DNA of 64,000 nucleotides, taken from positions 69,006,001 through 69,070,000 of the forward strand of contig NC_058384.1 of NCBI RefSeq assembly GCF_018350175.1, in the 5' to 3' direction. The notes beneath the pieces were generated by a model that was not told where the DNA came from, searched no databases, and worked only from the letters and a program-made list of their open reading frames with translations. Position 1 is the first letter of the stretch; each line of letters opens with the position of its first letter. Source of the DNA: Felis catus (lineage: Eukaryota). The translations under genes and the position numbers were made by a program. Of the stretch, positions 63,650-64,000 are shown in pieces.

Positions 63650-64000
63650 CCTGACTCACACATGAGCTGTGACTCAAAGGCTTGTGTCCTAAGAGCAAGG
63701 CTGGCATGAGTCTCTAGGCCCACAAACAGGGGCTATCTCCCCTCACCCTGGGTCCTGGCTGCCCCTTCCCCATGGTGCCTCCCAGCCCCTCTGTGGCCTA
63801 GAAGGGGCCTTCTCTTCTGGCTGGCAGGCTGGGTTGGAGCTAGCAGTCTCTGGGAGGGAGGGGGCCAGTAGGGAGTGGGTGGGGGTGGCAGGAGGCCAGG
63901 CTTTGGCGGGATCAGGTTAGGGCAGGCTGGGGGCCAGTGGGGCAGGATATAAACCCCACTGTACGCACCTGGCCCTTGGCTTTCCTTCCAGAACCTCTCT
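63650..64000 (+). promoter_or_regulatory. S100A2: S100A2 proximal promoter, TATAAA at 63948-63953; exon 1 begins near the window end
   Basis: Sequence ...gggaggg...ggcaggaggccaggctttggcgggatcaggttagggcagg...gggggccagtgggg...tataaa resembles the human S100A2 upstream region as recalled. Synteny also places S100A2 next after S100A16. No coding sequence in the window. Confidence 0.75.

Noticed and set aside
61500-63950. Known p53 site of the S100A2 promoter
   Set aside because: I could not find a convincing two-decamer match, only isolated half-sites (e.g. ~63462).

Overview
Mammalian genomic DNA from a feliform carnivore, judged by the SINEC_Fc-type CanSINEs; it looks like a draft felid assembly with 8 sized N gaps. 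It covers the end of the S100 cluster, syntenic to human 1q21.3 but inverted. Gene order: CHTOP (- strand, ~12.3 kb to ~2.2-2.8 kb; coding exons 3-6 wholly or partly hidden in N gaps), S100A1 (-), S100A13 (+), S100A14 (+), S100A16 (+), then ~25 kb of repeat-rich DNA (L1, L2, MIR, MER, ~30 CanSINEs) holding a full-length HNRNPA1 processed pseudogene. The S100A2 promoter and TATA box lie at the far right. Most ORFs in the supplied track are spurious. The most interesting items are: (1) a compact 6-exon minus-strand gene model just downstream of CHTOP, with its own CCAAT/GC-box promoter and a 97-aa ORF open across all junctions, which I do not recognise; (2) the 5' half of the HNRNPA1 retrocopy, turned into a new CpG island by almost one-way A/T->G/C substitution, with similar bias in nearby L1 DNA; (3) an 85%-identical ~100-bp duplication flanking S100A1 exon 2; (4) a duplicated 37-bp GRHL-motif element between S100A13 and S100A14; (5) a weak S100A13 polyA signal with an L2-derived backup. 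Comparisons with human sequences and repeat consensus sequences are from memory and need alignment checks.
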